A stretch of DNA of 64,000 bases from an uncultured Chloroflexia bacterium (GCA_963779315.1 CAVZXQ010000019.1:81444-145443); one strand, 5' to 3'. Positions 9,441 through 19,446 are shown, counted from the first letter of the stretch. The notes: generated from the letters alone by a model not told the origin. Made by a program: numbers and translations.

Positions 9441-10598
9441 TTAGTCGATCGCCAGCGCGCCGCGCAACGCGCCGTCCAGGTCCGCCCAGAGATCCTCGAC
9501 GTGCTCGATGCCGACCGACAGGCGGCAGAGGGTGGGACCGACGAGGGCCGCGTCGCCGGGGTAGCGCGCGCGGCGCTCGATGAGCGACTCGACGCCGCCG
9601 AGGCTCGTCGCGTGGGTCAGCAAGCGCAGCCGTCCCAGGAAGGCCTCGGTCTGCGCGACCGAGCCCGCGACCTCGAACGAGAGCATCGAGCCCGCCCCGT
9701 CCGGGATGACCCGCGACGCTCGCTCGTACTGCGGGTCGCCGGGCAGGCCCGGGTAGTTGACCCTCGACACATCGGGGTGCGAGGCGAGGCGGCGGGCAAG
9801 CTCGGCGGCCGATGCCTCCGCCCGGTCCAGCCGGACGGCGAGCGTGCGCAGGCCCCGGAGCGCGAGGAAGGCTTCCAGGTTCCCTGGGACCGAGCCGTGG
9901 TCGTGGCGGAAGGTCGTCATGGCCGTCGCGTGGGCCGCATCCCGGCAGACGACCGCGCCCAGCAGCAGGTCCGAGTGGCCCCCGATCAGTTTCGTGGCGG
10001 AGTGCAGCACGATGTCCGCCCCGAGTTCGAGCGGCCGCTGGCGCAGGGGCGTCGCGAAGGTCGCATCGACGACCGAGAGGGCGCCGCGCTCCCGGGCGCC
10101 CGCAGCGATCGCCGGGACGTCGGCGACGACGATGAGGGGGTTCGCGATGGACTCGACCCAGACCATGTCGGCCCCGTCGGCCGCCGCAAGCACGGCCGCC
10201 GTGTCGTCGGCCGATGTCAGGCGCACGTGCAGCCGACCGCGGGCCTCCATCCGTTCGAAGATGTTCCGCACGCCGAAGTAGGTCGCCGACGAGAGAACGA
10301 CCGTCCCGCCCTCAGGCACGAGGTCGGCGATCGCGGTGGCGGCGGCAAGCCCGGACGCGAACGTGACCGCCTGGCCGCCATCAAGTGCCCCGAGCGCCGC
10401 CTCGAGGGCACCCCATCCCGCGTTGCCGTCGCGGCCGTACTCGATCGCGGCGTCGTGGACGTACGTCGCGCTCATGGTGATCGGCGCATTCATCGCTGCG
10501 CCGCCGACGCGCTCGGGTCGGCCGGCCTGCACCGCGACCGTGTCGGCGGACCAGGCAGGATCGAGTGTCAGCGGTGCCGGGTACGGCCGTTCGGGCAT
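9441..10598 (-). CDS. Cys/Met-metabolism PLP enzyme (cystathionine gamma-synthase/lyase family)
   Basis: PLP-lysine motif HSATKLIGGHSD and C-terminal SLGGVESLIE. ATG 10598 is preceded by AAGGAGAT. Confidence 0.85.
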   Translation of the reverse strand: MPERPYPAPLTLDPAWSADTVAVQAGRPERVGGAAMNAPITMSATYVHDAAIEYGRDGNAGWGALEAALGALDGGQAVTFASGLAAATAIADLVPEGGTVVLSSATYFGVRNIFERMEARGRLHVRLTSADDTAAVLAAADGADMVWVESIANPLIVVADVPAIAAGARERGALSVVDATFATPLRQRPLELGADIVLHSATKLIGGHSDLLLGAVVCRDAAHATAMTTFRHDHGSVPGNLEAFLALRGLRTLAVRLDRAEASAAELARRLASHPDVSRVNYPGLPGDPQYERASRVIPDGAGSMLSFEVAGSVAQTEAFLGRLRLLTHATSLGGVESLIERRARYPGDAALVGPTLCRLSVGIEHVEDLWADLDGALRGALAID

Positions 10599-10653
10599 GG
10601 GGATCTCCTTCAGGTTCCGGCCTGATGGTACGGCCAACGTCACCACCACTGGA

Positions 10654-10870
10654 GATGATGAGATGACGCGGTACCTGATCTCGTTCGATGACGGCGCGAT
10701 GACCCTTCCCCGAGGGGGAGCTTCCCGAGGCGGCCACGGCCACCTACACCGTTGTCGATGAAGGCCACGGACGCCGGAGGCCGGTCAGCTGCGGACCCAT
10801 CCTGGTGGAGCGACGGTCGCATGGGGACCCGCTTGCGTGGTATCGCGACGCGATAGGCTGACCGCAACGT
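10654..10870 (+). pseudogene. YciI-like protein remnant (truncated and frameshifted)
   Basis: The N-terminus MTRYLISFDDGAMT, then PEGELPEAATATYTVVDE after a shift, resembles actinobacterial YciI-family starts. Only about 80 codons fit before the next gene. Confidence 0.35.
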
Positions 10871-10895
10871 CCTATCCACGAGCCACGAGGTATCG

Positions 10896-11675
10896 ATGTT
10901 CACGTCCCAGCTTCTGGACGCGCTTCCGGTCGGCGGCGTCTTCATCGTATTCGCCGTGGTCGCCTTCGCTGGCTACGAGGGTGGCTTCCGTCTTGGACGG
11001 TGGTGGCAGGACCGGGAGCCGGGCGAGCAGGAAGGCCCGACGGGCGTCCTCGTCGGTTCGATCCTGGCGCTCCTCGCGTTCCTGCTAGCCGTGACGATGG
11101 GCATGGCAGCGGATCGATTCGATGCGCGGCGGGCGATCGTGCTCGACGAGGCGAACGCGATCGGGACGACGTACCTGCGCGCCGGCTACCTGCCGGAGCC
11201 GGCATCCCGAGAGATCCGCGAGTTGTTGCGCGAATACGTGCCCCTGCGGATCGGCCTGACTCTCTCGGAAGAACTCCAACGCGATGTGGAGCAGTCGAAC
11301 ACCATCCTGGACCGGCTGTGGGTGATCGCCGAGCGCGAGGCCAAGACCACGAACCAGGGGGACCTCGTCTCGATCTTCATCGAGTCGCTCAACGACACGA
11401 TCGACCTCCACGAGACGCGGGTCACGGCGCGCAACGCGCGTGTCCCGGAGACCATCGTCATGCTGCTCTTCGTCGGTTCTGTACTGACCCTCACGATGGT
11501 CGGCTACAGTGCCGGTCTGACTCGACGGCGCAGTCTCCTGTCCGCCGCCGTCCTGATCGTCACCCTTGGTGCGGTCCTCACGATCGTCGTCGACCTCGAC
11601 CGGCCGCGTGATGGCCTGATCCAGGTGAGCCAGCAACCGCTGATCGACTTGCAGCAGCAGATCGGACCGCCATAA
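10896..11675 (+). CDS. DUF4239-type membrane protein
   Basis: Two N-terminal and two C-terminal TM helices. Central motif DRFDARRAIVLDEANAIGTTYLRAGYLP. Confidence 0.65.
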   Translation: MFTSQLLDALPVGGVFIVFAVVAFAGYEGGFRLGRWWQDREPGEQEGPTGVLVGSILALLAFLLAVTMGMAADRFDARRAIVLDEANAIGTTYLRAGYLPEPASREIRELLREYVPLRIGLTLSEELQRDVEQSNTILDRLWVIAEREAKTTNQGDLVSIFIESLNDTIDLHETRVTARNARVPETIVMLLFVGSVLTLTMVGYSAGLTRRRSLLSAAVLIVTLGAVLTIVVDLDRPRDGLIQVSQQPLIDLQQQIGPP

Positions 11676-11781
11676 GCGTGATGGCCACTGGGCAGATGGC
11701 GGGACGCGATCCCCTGGAACGCCCAGTCTGGGTTGAGGCGCGAGTCGAACGGTAGGCGCATACGTCGCCTAGAATCGGCGC

Positions 11782-12803
11782 GTGAAGAAGATCGGCTTCC
11801 TGTCGTTCGGACATTGGTCGGCGTCGCCCTACTCGCAGGTCCGGTCGGGCTCGGACGCGCTCATCCAGTCGATCGAGCTCGCCGAGGCGGTCGAGGACCT
11901 GGGTGCCGACGGCGCCTACTTCCGCGTCCACCACTTCGCCCAGCAACTTGCGTCGCCGTTCCCGCTCCTGGCGGCGATCGGCGCTCGCACCAAGCGCATC
12001 GAGATCGGGACGGCCGTCATCGACATGCGCTACGAGAACCCGCTCTACATGGTCGAGGATGCCGGCGCCGCCGACCTCATCGCGGGTGGTCGCCTGCAGC
12101 TCGGGATCAGCCGCGGATCGCCCGAGCAGGTCATCGATGGCTTCCGCTACTTCGGCTACGTGCCGCCCGACGGCCAGACCGACGCCGACATGGCCCGCCA
12201 GCACACCGAGGTCTTCCTCCAGGCGCTGTCCGGCGCCGGGTTCGCCCAGCCCAACCCCTCCCCGATGTTCCCGAACCCGCCCGGCCTGCTCCGCCCCGAG
12301 CCGCATTCGCCCGGGCTGCGCGACCGGATCTGGTGGGGCGCCGGATCACGCGCGACCGCGGAATGGGCGGCCCAGCAGGGCATGAACCTGATGTCGTCGA
12401 CGCTGCTGACCGAGGACGCCGGCGTGCCGTTCCACGAGCTCCAGGCCGAGCAGATCCGGCTGTTCCGCGAGGCGTGGACGGCGGCCGGGCACGAGCGCGA
12501 GCCGCGGGTGTCGGTCAGTCGCAGCATCTTCGCGCTGGTCGACGACCGCGACCGGGCGTACTTCGGGCGCGGCAACCAGGCGTCGGACAGGTCGGCTACA
12601 TCGACGCGCAGACCAAGGCGATCTTCGGGCGCTCGTACGCCGCGGAGCCCGACGTCCTCGTCAAGGAGCTCGCCGGGGACACGGCGATCCAGGCGGCGGA
12701 CACGCTCCTGCTGACGGTCCCGAACCAGCTCGGCGTCGAGTACAACGCCCACGCGATCGAGAGCATCCTCAAGTACGTGGCCCCGGAGCTCGGCTGGCGC
12801 TAG
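11782..12803 (+). pseudogene. LLM-class (luciferase-like) flavin-dependent oxidoreductase, one frameshift near 12585-12592
   Basis: GTG start. Luciferase-like segments (RVHHFAQQLASPFPLLAAIGARTKRIEIGTAVIDMRYENPLY). The C-terminal 70 aa continue in the frame of ORF 11733-12803 and end at 12803. Confidence 0.75.
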
Positions 12804-12825
12804 CCGAGACCGGCCTGATGGCGGA

Positions 12826-13308
12826 TCAGGGAGTCGCTGGACGCACATGAGCGACCGCGGCGATCTCGATCGGCGAATCCAGTCCCAGGCGCGACACCTC
12901 GACCGTCGTGCGAGGAGGAAGACCGAACTTGGCGATCCGCTCCTGGTAGATGCGGTTGTACGCCTCCCAGTCGTCCCAGTCCGTGAGATACACGTTCACC
13001 TTGAGGAGCGTGTCAAAGCCAGCGCCCGACCTGCCGAGCGCCGCTTCAAGCTGGTCCAACGCGTCGTTCACATCCGCATCGAAGTCCTCTCCGTCCGCGA
13101 GGCCGAGGAAACCAGCGGTGAACACGAGATCGCCATAGCGCGCGGCTCCCGCGAGGATGTCGGTGGGATCGACCAGCTCCCGCTCGATGACCGCCGCGTT
13201 GGGAGTGGCCGCGACGGAGGGCGTAGGACTCGCACCCACGCACCCGGCAACGAGCATCGACGCGACCGAGAGGCCGGCGACGGTACCGGCAAGCCTGATT
13301 CGGTGCAT
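12826..13308 (-). CDS. RidA/YjgF-family protein with lipoprotein signal peptide
   Basis: The N-terminus contains a VAGC lipobox (SMLVAGCVGASP). The RidA-like core includes VFTAGFLG and KVNVYLTDWDDWEAYNRIY...PPRTTVEVSRL. Confidence 0.7.
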   Translation of the reverse strand: MHRIRLAGTVAGLSVASMLVAGCVGASPTPSVAATPNAAVIERELVDPTDILAGAARYGDLVFTAGFLGLADGEDFDADVNDALDQLEAALGRSGAGFDTLLKVNVYLTDWDDWEAYNRIYQERIAKFGLPPRTTVEVSRLGLDSPIEIAAVAHVRPATP

Positions 13309-13480
13309 GTCCTTGTCTCCTTCGTGAGGCGGCTGACCTCACGATCCCTCGAGTTCACACCCTGGATGGGCGTGTCACCGGGTATGAATCCGGTAAGGGC
13401 CGATTTGTTCAACGGCCGCTGAGCGCGCGATCCTCTCCAGCCGTCGCCGAGGGCGCCCGTCTCCCGGCCGTCGCCACCAG

Positions 13481-13676
13481 CGACACCAGCCGATCGGCGA
13501 TCTTGGCGTTGGAGAGCCCAAGCGCCAAGAGCCGAGCGATCTCCCATTCGCGCTCGGTCAGGCCACGCGGGTTCGATCGAGTCGTCGGTCGTGGCCCACG
13601 AGTTACCGGTCTCCCGAGTTCGCGAAGTCGGAGCGCGACCTTGTGCGCTACCGCCGTCGCGCCGAGCTGGGTCAGC
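13481..13676 (-). pseudogene. stub of a LuxR-family HTH (3' fragment, paralog of 15731-15929)
   Basis: About 196 nt align to the 3' part of the LuxR gene at 15626-18265, with perfect blocks of 42 and 38 nt. The rest of the HTH and the whole N-terminus are missing. Confidence 0.75.
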
Positions 13677-13818
13677 GAGCTGCTCCGTGACGTGCGCCGG
13701 CGGTCGGCCGGCTTCGACTCAGCGAACGATGAGCTCGCGGCTAAAGACGCTCGGCCTCGGTCGAGGATGTGCCACGCGAGAGCCCTCCTCTTCGGTGGAG
13801 CCAGACACCCCAACGGGA

Positions 13819-13836
13819 GCACGAGGGCTCTCGTGC
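13819..13836 (-). terminator. possible terminator hairpin after the M1 peptidase gene
   Basis: Perfect palindrome GCACGAG-GGCT-CTCGTGC located 28 nt past the stop at 13864. No clear T-tract follows. Confidence 0.3.
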
Positions 13837-13863
13837 TGTCAACGACGTGTGTGGGGATTACAC

Positions 13864-15444
13864 CTAGGGCTGCCAGGCCTCAAGACCTGGGACCGGGTCG
13901 GTCGACGAGGTCGTCGTGATGCTCCCGACCGGGTTCACGGGCCAGTCGGGATGCCCTGGCATCGGCGGGGTCTTCTCACCGTAGAGCCAGTCGCGCAGGA
14001 ATGCCGTCACGCTTTGGTCCCCGCTGATCTCCGCGGCGAGCGCGATGAAATCGTCCGTGCTCGCGACGCTGTCGCGGTACCGCTGGACCCACGCTCGCTC
14101 CACCTGCTCGAACGCCGCATTCCCGATCTTCTGCCGGAGCGCGTAGAGGACGAGCGCCCCACCGTTGTAGACCTGATAGCTGGAGAGCTTGAGGACACCG
14201 CCGCTCTTGGGCAGCGCGACGGGTCCTGACTTCTTGCGCCATTCGTCGCCGTGCGCGTACATCGCGCGCATGAACTCGTCGAGCGTCGCGTACCCCTGGG
14301 GATCCGGGCGGCCCTCGGTCCGGCCCTCGAGCTGGCCGGTCTCGTCCGCGTAGACCATCTCGTACCAGGTGGCGTGGCCCTCGTTCAGCCAGTAGTCGCT
14401 CCACGAGTACGGCGACACGCTGTTCCCGAACCAGCTGTGCGCCAGCTCGTGCATCTGTGCGGGTTCCCAGAAGTCGCGGGGGAACAGGGTGAACGTGCCG
14501 GCCCACGTCAGCATCAGCGTCTGCGTCTCCATCTGGAGGTACAGCGGCGCGTTGACGATCAGGGTTCCGTACGTGTCGAAGGGATACGGTCCGACCCGGG
14601 CGATCATCCAGTCGAGCTGCGGTTCCGTCAGTTCGAAAACCGGTTGCATTTCGGCCGTGATCGCCGGGGCGGTGACGTTGCGGATCGAGACGCCATCGTG
14701 GACCGTAGCGGGGCCGAAGTCCCAGTCGCCGACGGCGATCTGGGTCAGCTCGGTCGCCATCGGCTGCGCCATCCGGTACGTCCAGATATCCCGCCCGTTG
14801 CTGGTCGTGTGCCCGGTCTGGACGCCGTTTGCGACCGCGTCGCGGCCGGCGGGCACGTCGATCGTGAACGTGAACGTGGCCTTGTCACGGGGGTGGTCAT
14901 TGCACGGATAGATCAGGTGTGCGTCGTATGGCTGCGGCGCCGTCGCCGATCCGTCCGGCGTGACGAAGAACGCGACGGAGTCGACGGCCCACGTGATCTT
15001 CGTTGGGGCGGCGGTGAAGTCGGTGATGAGCACGGTGAACGTCGAGCCGTTGGCGATCGGGCTCGCGGGCGTGATGATCAGCTCCTCGCCATTGCGCTTG
15101 AAGGCGGCCGCCTGTCCGTTGACGGACACGGCTCCGACGCTCTTGCCGCCGAAATCGAGATTGAACCGGGACAGCGCCTGCGTGGCGCGTGCGACGATCG
15201 TCTCGTCGCCCTGCAGCGCCTGGCCTGGGTCCGCTGTGGCGTACCGGAGGCGCAGGTCGTAGTCCTGCACGTCGTACCCGCCGTTGCCGATCCCCGGGCT
15301 GAGCCGGTCACCGAGCCCGGCGGCGCCCGGGCTGGGCGCGGCCGCGCTCGCGGGGGACGCGCCCGCGAAACAAAGCATCGCGGCGAGCACGAGAGCCCGC
15401 GATCGGCCGCGCCTGTGCATCCCCGTGCGAACGATCTTCTTCAT
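13864..15444 (-). CDS. secreted M1-family zinc metallopeptidase
   Basis: Signal peptide (ALVLAAMLCFAGASPASA). Zinc site HELAHSWFGN followed by WLNEGHATW. AGGAGG precedes ATG 15444. Uninterrupted 526 aa. Confidence 0.85.
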   Translation of the reverse strand: MKKIVRTGMHRRGRSRALVLAAMLCFAGASPASAAAPSPGAAGLGDRLSPGIGNGGYDVQDYDLRLRYATADPGQALQGDETIVARATQALSRFNLDFGGKSVGAVSVNGQAAAFKRNGEELIITPASPIANGSTFTVLITDFTAAPTKITWAVDSVAFFVTPDGSATAPQPYDAHLIYPCNDHPRDKATFTFTIDVPAGRDAVANGVQTGHTTSNGRDIWTYRMAQPMATELTQIAVGDWDFGPATVHDGVSIRNVTAPAITAEMQPVFELTEPQLDWMIARVGPYPFDTYGTLIVNAPLYLQMETQTLMLTWAGTFTLFPRDFWEPAQMHELAHSWFGNSVSPYSWSDYWLNEGHATWYEMVYADETGQLEGRTEGRPDPQGYATLDEFMRAMYAHGDEWRKKSGPVALPKSGGVLKLSSYQVYNGGALVLYALRQKIGNAAFEQVERAWVQRYRDSVASTDDFIALAAEISGDQSVTAFLRDWLYGEKTPPMPGHPDWPVNPVGSITTTSSTDPVPGLEAWQP

Positions 15445-15588
15445 CGATCCAGCCTCCTGCTCCTCACCGGGGCTCAGGACACTGCCGCGCCGATGGACGC
15501 GCGATCTGGTTCATACCAAACCCCTTGTGACGCCCTGTCATCTACCGGAAGGGCGTGACGAGAGGATGGCTGCGAGGTCCGACGCTCC

Positions 15589-15625
15589 GCATCGGTCGAG
15601 CGACCCAACTTGGTTGGGCCGATGC
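15589..15625 (-). terminator. compound hairpin abutting the LuxR stop codon
   Basis: The outer stem GCATCGG/CCGATGC encloses the inner stem CCCAAC-TTG-GTTGGG. It starts immediately after the TAG at 15626-15628 on the minus strand. Confidence 0.45.
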
Positions 15626-18265
15626 CTAGATTGGCGCGCCGAGCTCGATCATGGCCGCGGCTACCTCGGCCCGGCGGCGGACGCCGAGCTTCGCGAGCAC
15701 GGCCGAGACGTGGTGACCCACCGTCTTGGGCGACACCACCAGCCGGTCGGCGATCTCGGCGTTGGAGAGGCCGAGCGCAAGGAGCCGGGCGATCTCCCAC
15801 TCACGCTCGGTCAGGCCACGCGGGTTCGATCGAGTCGTCGGTCGTGGGCCGCGCGGGACCGGACTCCCGAGTTCGCGAAGTCGGAGCGCGACCTTGTGCG
15901 CCACCGCCGTCGCGCCGAGCCGGGTCAGCTCCTCATGGGCCCGCTGGACATCGGCCGCATCGGACGAGCCAGCCAGGCTGAGCGCTGCCTCGTACGGCAC
16001 CGAGAGCCGCTCCCAGGCCGCCGCCGCCTCACGAGCCCGGCCGGCGACCTCGAGAAGATAGGCTTCCTCCGCCCGCCCATCGAGCTCGGACAGCGCACCG
16101 GCGCGCCACAGCCACAGCCCGAGCTCGCCGATCGCCGCGCGACTGCCCTCGCGACAGGCGGCGGCGTAGGCGGCACGGAGCCTGGGCACGATGGGCCCCG
16201 GATCGCCCGCGATCCACGCCGCCTCCGCTTCGGCCACCAAGACCTTCTGCTCGACTACTGGCTCGGCCACAGTCTCGAGGCCCGCGACGAAGCTGCGCAG
16301 CTCGGCGAGCCGCGCCTGGCTGCCGGCCTCGCCCCGTCGGACGGCGATCCGGGCCAGCACCGTCATGGCCATGATCCGGTCCGCGGCGCGCCTCCTCGTG
16401 TCGGCAAGCGCCGCGTGCCCGCGCATGACCGCCGCATCCCAGTTCCCGAGGACGAAGTCGATCTCGGCCATCGGGCTGTCGATCCCGTACAGGTCGATCC
16501 GAGGGTCCCACAACTCCCGGAAGTACTCCTGTACCTGCTGGAAATACTCCCGCGCGAGTTCGTACCGCCGCCACGCGAGGGCAGACAAGCCGAGGTTGTA
16601 CAGGGCCCGATCGACAAGGTGTGGGAGGCGCAACTCCAGACCGATCCGCGCCGACTCGCCGAGATCCGCCCAGCCGCGCTCGTCGGCCAGGTCCAGCTCG
16701 ATCCAGCCGATGGTCCCCAACGCGACGGCGGTGGCTTCGGCGTCTTCGATGCGGCGGGCCATCTCGAGCGCGCGCTCGCTGTGCGCTCGGCCCTCGCGGT
16801 TTCGGCCGTCCATCGTCTCCAGGCGGCCGAGCGTCGCATACGCCATCGCCAGCTCGCGACGGTCGCCCATCGGTTCGGCGAGGGCGATGGCTTCTCGGGC
16901 TGCGCTCCAAGCCTCCGGCCGGTGGTCGGCTCGCAAGGCGACCTCCGCAAGGAACGACAGACCAGCCGCCGTGGCGAGATCGTCGCCAGCCCTCCTCCGC
17001 AACACTGCCGCCTCGGTGGCGGCCTGGTACGCCTCGGGATGATGCATGATGAGGTAGAGGGCCTGCGAAAGCGGCTCGAGAAGCGCGGCTCGAGCGTCCG
17101 GCGCGAGGCCGTCGGCAAAGCGAAGGGCGCGGTTGAGCTGCGCGATCGCCTCGCGGTGCGAGCCCGCGGCAAGCGCTCGATGCCCGGCCGCTGACGCATG
17201 ACGCAGAACCGCGTCCCGCTCCGCAGAGCCCTCAGCGTGGTATGCGAGGCGCGCCGCGTCACCGACACCAGCCTGCTCCAAGGCCGCGAGCGCGCCGCGG
17301 TGCAGCGCGATGCCGTGGATGACCGGCACGTCCTCGAGCACCACCATCCGCGTCAGCTCGTGGGCAAAAGCGATCCCGTCCCCCTTGGTCAGAAGGCCCA
17401 CGCCCAGGCAGTCGTCGATCCCGAGGATGTCCTCACCCGCGACCGCTGCCAGCAGCCAGGGCTCGGCCCGGACGCCGAGGATCGCCGCGACCTGCAGGGC
17501 CCGACGCCCGCGCTCGTCCAGCTGCGCGACCCTCGCCCGGACCGCATCTCGCACCGAGATCGGGATGCGCGATAGCCCGGCGTCCAGGACCTCGTGGACG
17601 TAGAACGGATTGCCGCCAGTGATCCGATGTAGCTCATCGGCATCGACGCCCGCATCGTTCGCGAGACGGGCGACGCCCGCCCGGCTGAGGGGTTCAAGTG
17701 GCATCTGTCTAAGGGCGGGCAGCGAGGCCACGCCGCCGAGGATCCTGGCCACGCTCGGTTCGCCGCCGGCGCCGTCTCGATGCGTGAAGAGCAGCAGGAC
17801 CGGAAGCGCCTCGATCCGCCTGGCAAGCCAGGCCAGGAGATCGAGCGTGGCCTGATCGGCCCAATGGATGTCTTCGATGACGACGATCTGCCTCGTTCCG
17901 GTCGACAGGCGCTTGAGGAGCCAGCGGCCGATCTCGTTACGCGAGGCGTTCGAGTCGAGCAGGTGGCGCAACTCCGGCCCGAGCGTGTCGGCCATGTCTT
18001 CGATCGGACCGTATGGCTGCGGCGTCGAGACGCCGTCGCAGGCGCCCCAGAAGACGTCGACGTCGGACGGGCAGTCCTCGACGAAGGCCTTCAGGAGTGC
18101 CGTCTTGCCGATGCCGGCCTCGCCCCGGATCAGGACGAGCCGGCCGAGGTCCGTGGCCTCCTCATCGAGGTAGCGCCTGAGCGTGGCGAGCAGTTCGTCG
18201 CGTTCGACAAGCAGGTGGGTGCGATGCTCGATGGGGCCGGGGCGGGCAGGACGGGCAAGTGCCAT
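15626..18265 (-). CDS. LAL-type regulator: AAA/STAND ATPase - TPR-like - LuxR HTH
   Basis: Walker A GEAGIGKTALL and Walker B VVIEDIHWAD. C-terminal LuxR HTH (LTEREWEIARLLALGLSNAEIADRLVVSPKTVGHHVSAVLAKLG). Uninterrupted 879 aa. Confidence 0.9.
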   Translation of the reverse strand: MALARPARPGPIEHRTHLLVERDELLATLRRYLDEEATDLGRLVLIRGEAGIGKTALLKAFVEDCPSDVDVFWGACDGVSTPQPYGPIEDMADTLGPELRHLLDSNASRNEIGRWLLKRLSTGTRQIVVIEDIHWADQATLDLLAWLARRIEALPVLLLFTHRDGAGGEPSVARILGGVASLPALRQMPLEPLSRAGVARLANDAGVDADELHRITGGNPFYVHEVLDAGLSRIPISVRDAVRARVAQLDERGRRALQVAAILGVRAEPWLLAAVAGEDILGIDDCLGVGLLTKGDGIAFAHELTRMVVLEDVPVIHGIALHRGALAALEQAGVGDAARLAYHAEGSAERDAVLRHASAAGHRALAAGSHREAIAQLNRALRFADGLAPDARAALLEPLSQALYLIMHHPEAYQAATEAAVLRRRAGDDLATAAGLSFLAEVALRADHRPEAWSAAREAIALAEPMGDRRELAMAYATLGRLETMDGRNREGRAHSERALEMARRIEDAEATAVALGTIGWIELDLADERGWADLGESARIGLELRLPHLVDRALYNLGLSALAWRRYELAREYFQQVQEYFRELWDPRIDLYGIDSPMAEIDFVLGNWDAAVMRGHAALADTRRRAADRIMAMTVLARIAVRRGEAGSQARLAELRSFVAGLETVAEPVVEQKVLVAEAEAAWIAGDPGPIVPRLRAAYAAACREGSRAAIGELGLWLWRAGALSELDGRAEEAYLLEVAGRAREAAAAWERLSVPYEAALSLAGSSDAADVQRAHEELTRLGATAVAHKVALRLRELGSPVPRGPRPTTRSNPRGLTEREWEIARLLALGLSNAEIADRLVVSPKTVGHHVSAVLAKLGVRRRAEVAAAMIELGAPI

Positions 18266-18310
18266 GCGCGAACGATAGCGCCGGAGTCAACAGGGTCTCG
18301 AGCTCGTCGA

Positions 18311-18562
18311 TCAGAAGCCCTCGACGACCGGGTGGATCGAGTCCGCCACCAGGCCGTGGGCTTCGCGGTGTACCCGGTTGGCGGCCTCGGCATCCGGGGC
18401 GTCGACCAAGCAGAAGATCCTGCCCGCCCCCTCGTCAACCCAATAGCGGAGGTAGCGGACGCCGTACCGATCCTGGGTCCGGAGATCCGCGAGATGTGCC
18501 TGGGCGACGTCGGTCGCCTTGACGCCGCCGTCGATCGCGTGACTGTCCATGAAGAGCGCCAT
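18311..18562 (-). CDS. DUF4242-type small protein
   Basis: MALFMDSH...YGVRYLRYWVDEGAGRIFCLVDAPDAEAANRVHREAHGLVA matches the DUF4242 pattern as I recall it. Confidence 0.6.
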   Translation of the reverse strand: MALFMDSHAIDGGVKATDVAQAHLADLRTQDRYGVRYLRYWVDEGAGRIFCLVDAPDAEAANRVHREAHGLVADSIHPVVEGF

Positions 18563-18690
18563 GTCGTGTTCCTCCGTTCAAGCGGACGTAGTCAGACCGC
18601 CGAGCTCGATCGGTCCCACAACAGCCAGCCGTCCTCGCAATGTCGCGGACGGCTGGCGCCGCGCGATCGAACGCCAGCCGTCGATCGCTG

Positions 18691-19230
18691 CTACGAGATC
18701 GCCGCGCAGACGTCCTCGACCGAGCCCGTATACGAGAACGCGGTGATGTGGAATGTGTTGTTGTTCCAGGTGTACGAGACCGACCCGATGAAGTGGTACA
18801 GCGCGCCGTCGCTCCCGACGACGCCGTATGGACCGATGTCGCCGGGTAGGAACGACCACGTCGTCTGGCCAGTCTCCACGCCGACCTGGAGGTTCGTGTT
18901 GGCGTCGTACGTCGAAAGGTCGCGGTACGTGTCCTCGGTCAGGTAGCGCGCGCCCGTGGCGATGTTCAGGTACGCACCCTTGGCGCGCACGAAGTGCAGC
19001 ACGGTTCCGTCCCTGAACGCCGTCTCTGCGACGAACCCATTTCGGATGCTCACTGCCGACGGCTCACCGGCGACGTCGAACGCGCACGCCATGCCCGCCG
19101 GGAGCACGAACTCTCCTTGCAGAGGGCGGACCGTCCGTGTCGGCTGGGCCGCAGCGGCCGGCGCCGCCCACACTAGCGCGAGCACCACGGCGATCATGGC
19201 GCCGCGCGCCGATCGGGTCAGTGTGATCAT
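18691..19230 (-). CDS. secreted two-cysteine hypothetical protein
   Basis: ATG 19230 is preceded by GGAGGGAGA. Signal peptide ends in WAAPAAAA. One Cys lies near the N-terminus (GMACAFDV) and one near the C-terminus (EDVCAAIS). Confidence 0.6.
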   Translation of the reverse strand: MITLTRSARGAMIAVVLALVWAAPAAAAQPTRTVRPLQGEFVLPAGMACAFDVAGEPSAVSIRNGFVAETAFRDGTVLHFVRAKGAYLNIATGARYLTEDTYRDLSTYDANTNLQVGVETGQTTWSFLPGDIGPYGVVGSDGALYHFIGSVSYTWNNNTFHITAFSYTGSVEDVCAAIS

Positions 19231-19290
19231 GGGATCTCCCTCCAAAGAGCGGCAGCCGCCGTGCCCGTCACCAACAGATGGGCTTAGGGA

Positions 19291-19446
19291 GAGGATTGCT
19301 GCTGGGCGGGCGCCCCACATCGGGCGGCCGACCCAACTTGACCCAGCCGACGCCCTAGATTGGCGACGGGAGATCGTGGACGGTGGTGGCGCCCCCGGAC
19401 GGTCCCTGGGGAACGGGCGTCACATGAGCGACCCGCTCGCATGGTA
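19291..19446. repeat. decayed copy of the LuxR 3' flank (19291-19376) plus a 60-nt repeat headed by a tRNA-Arg-like 16-mer (19387-19446)
   Basis: 19291-19376 aligns to 15562-15646 at roughly 75-80% identity, including CGACCCAACTTG and CTAGATTGGCG. 19387-19446 aligns to 23130-23190. Confidence 0.6.

Noticed and set aside
10599-10653. SAM-type riboswitch upstream of the cystathionine synthase/lyase-family gene
   Set aside because: Only about 55 nt separate it from the divergent YciI-like start, which is too short. None of the SAM-I/II/IV core motifs I recall are present.
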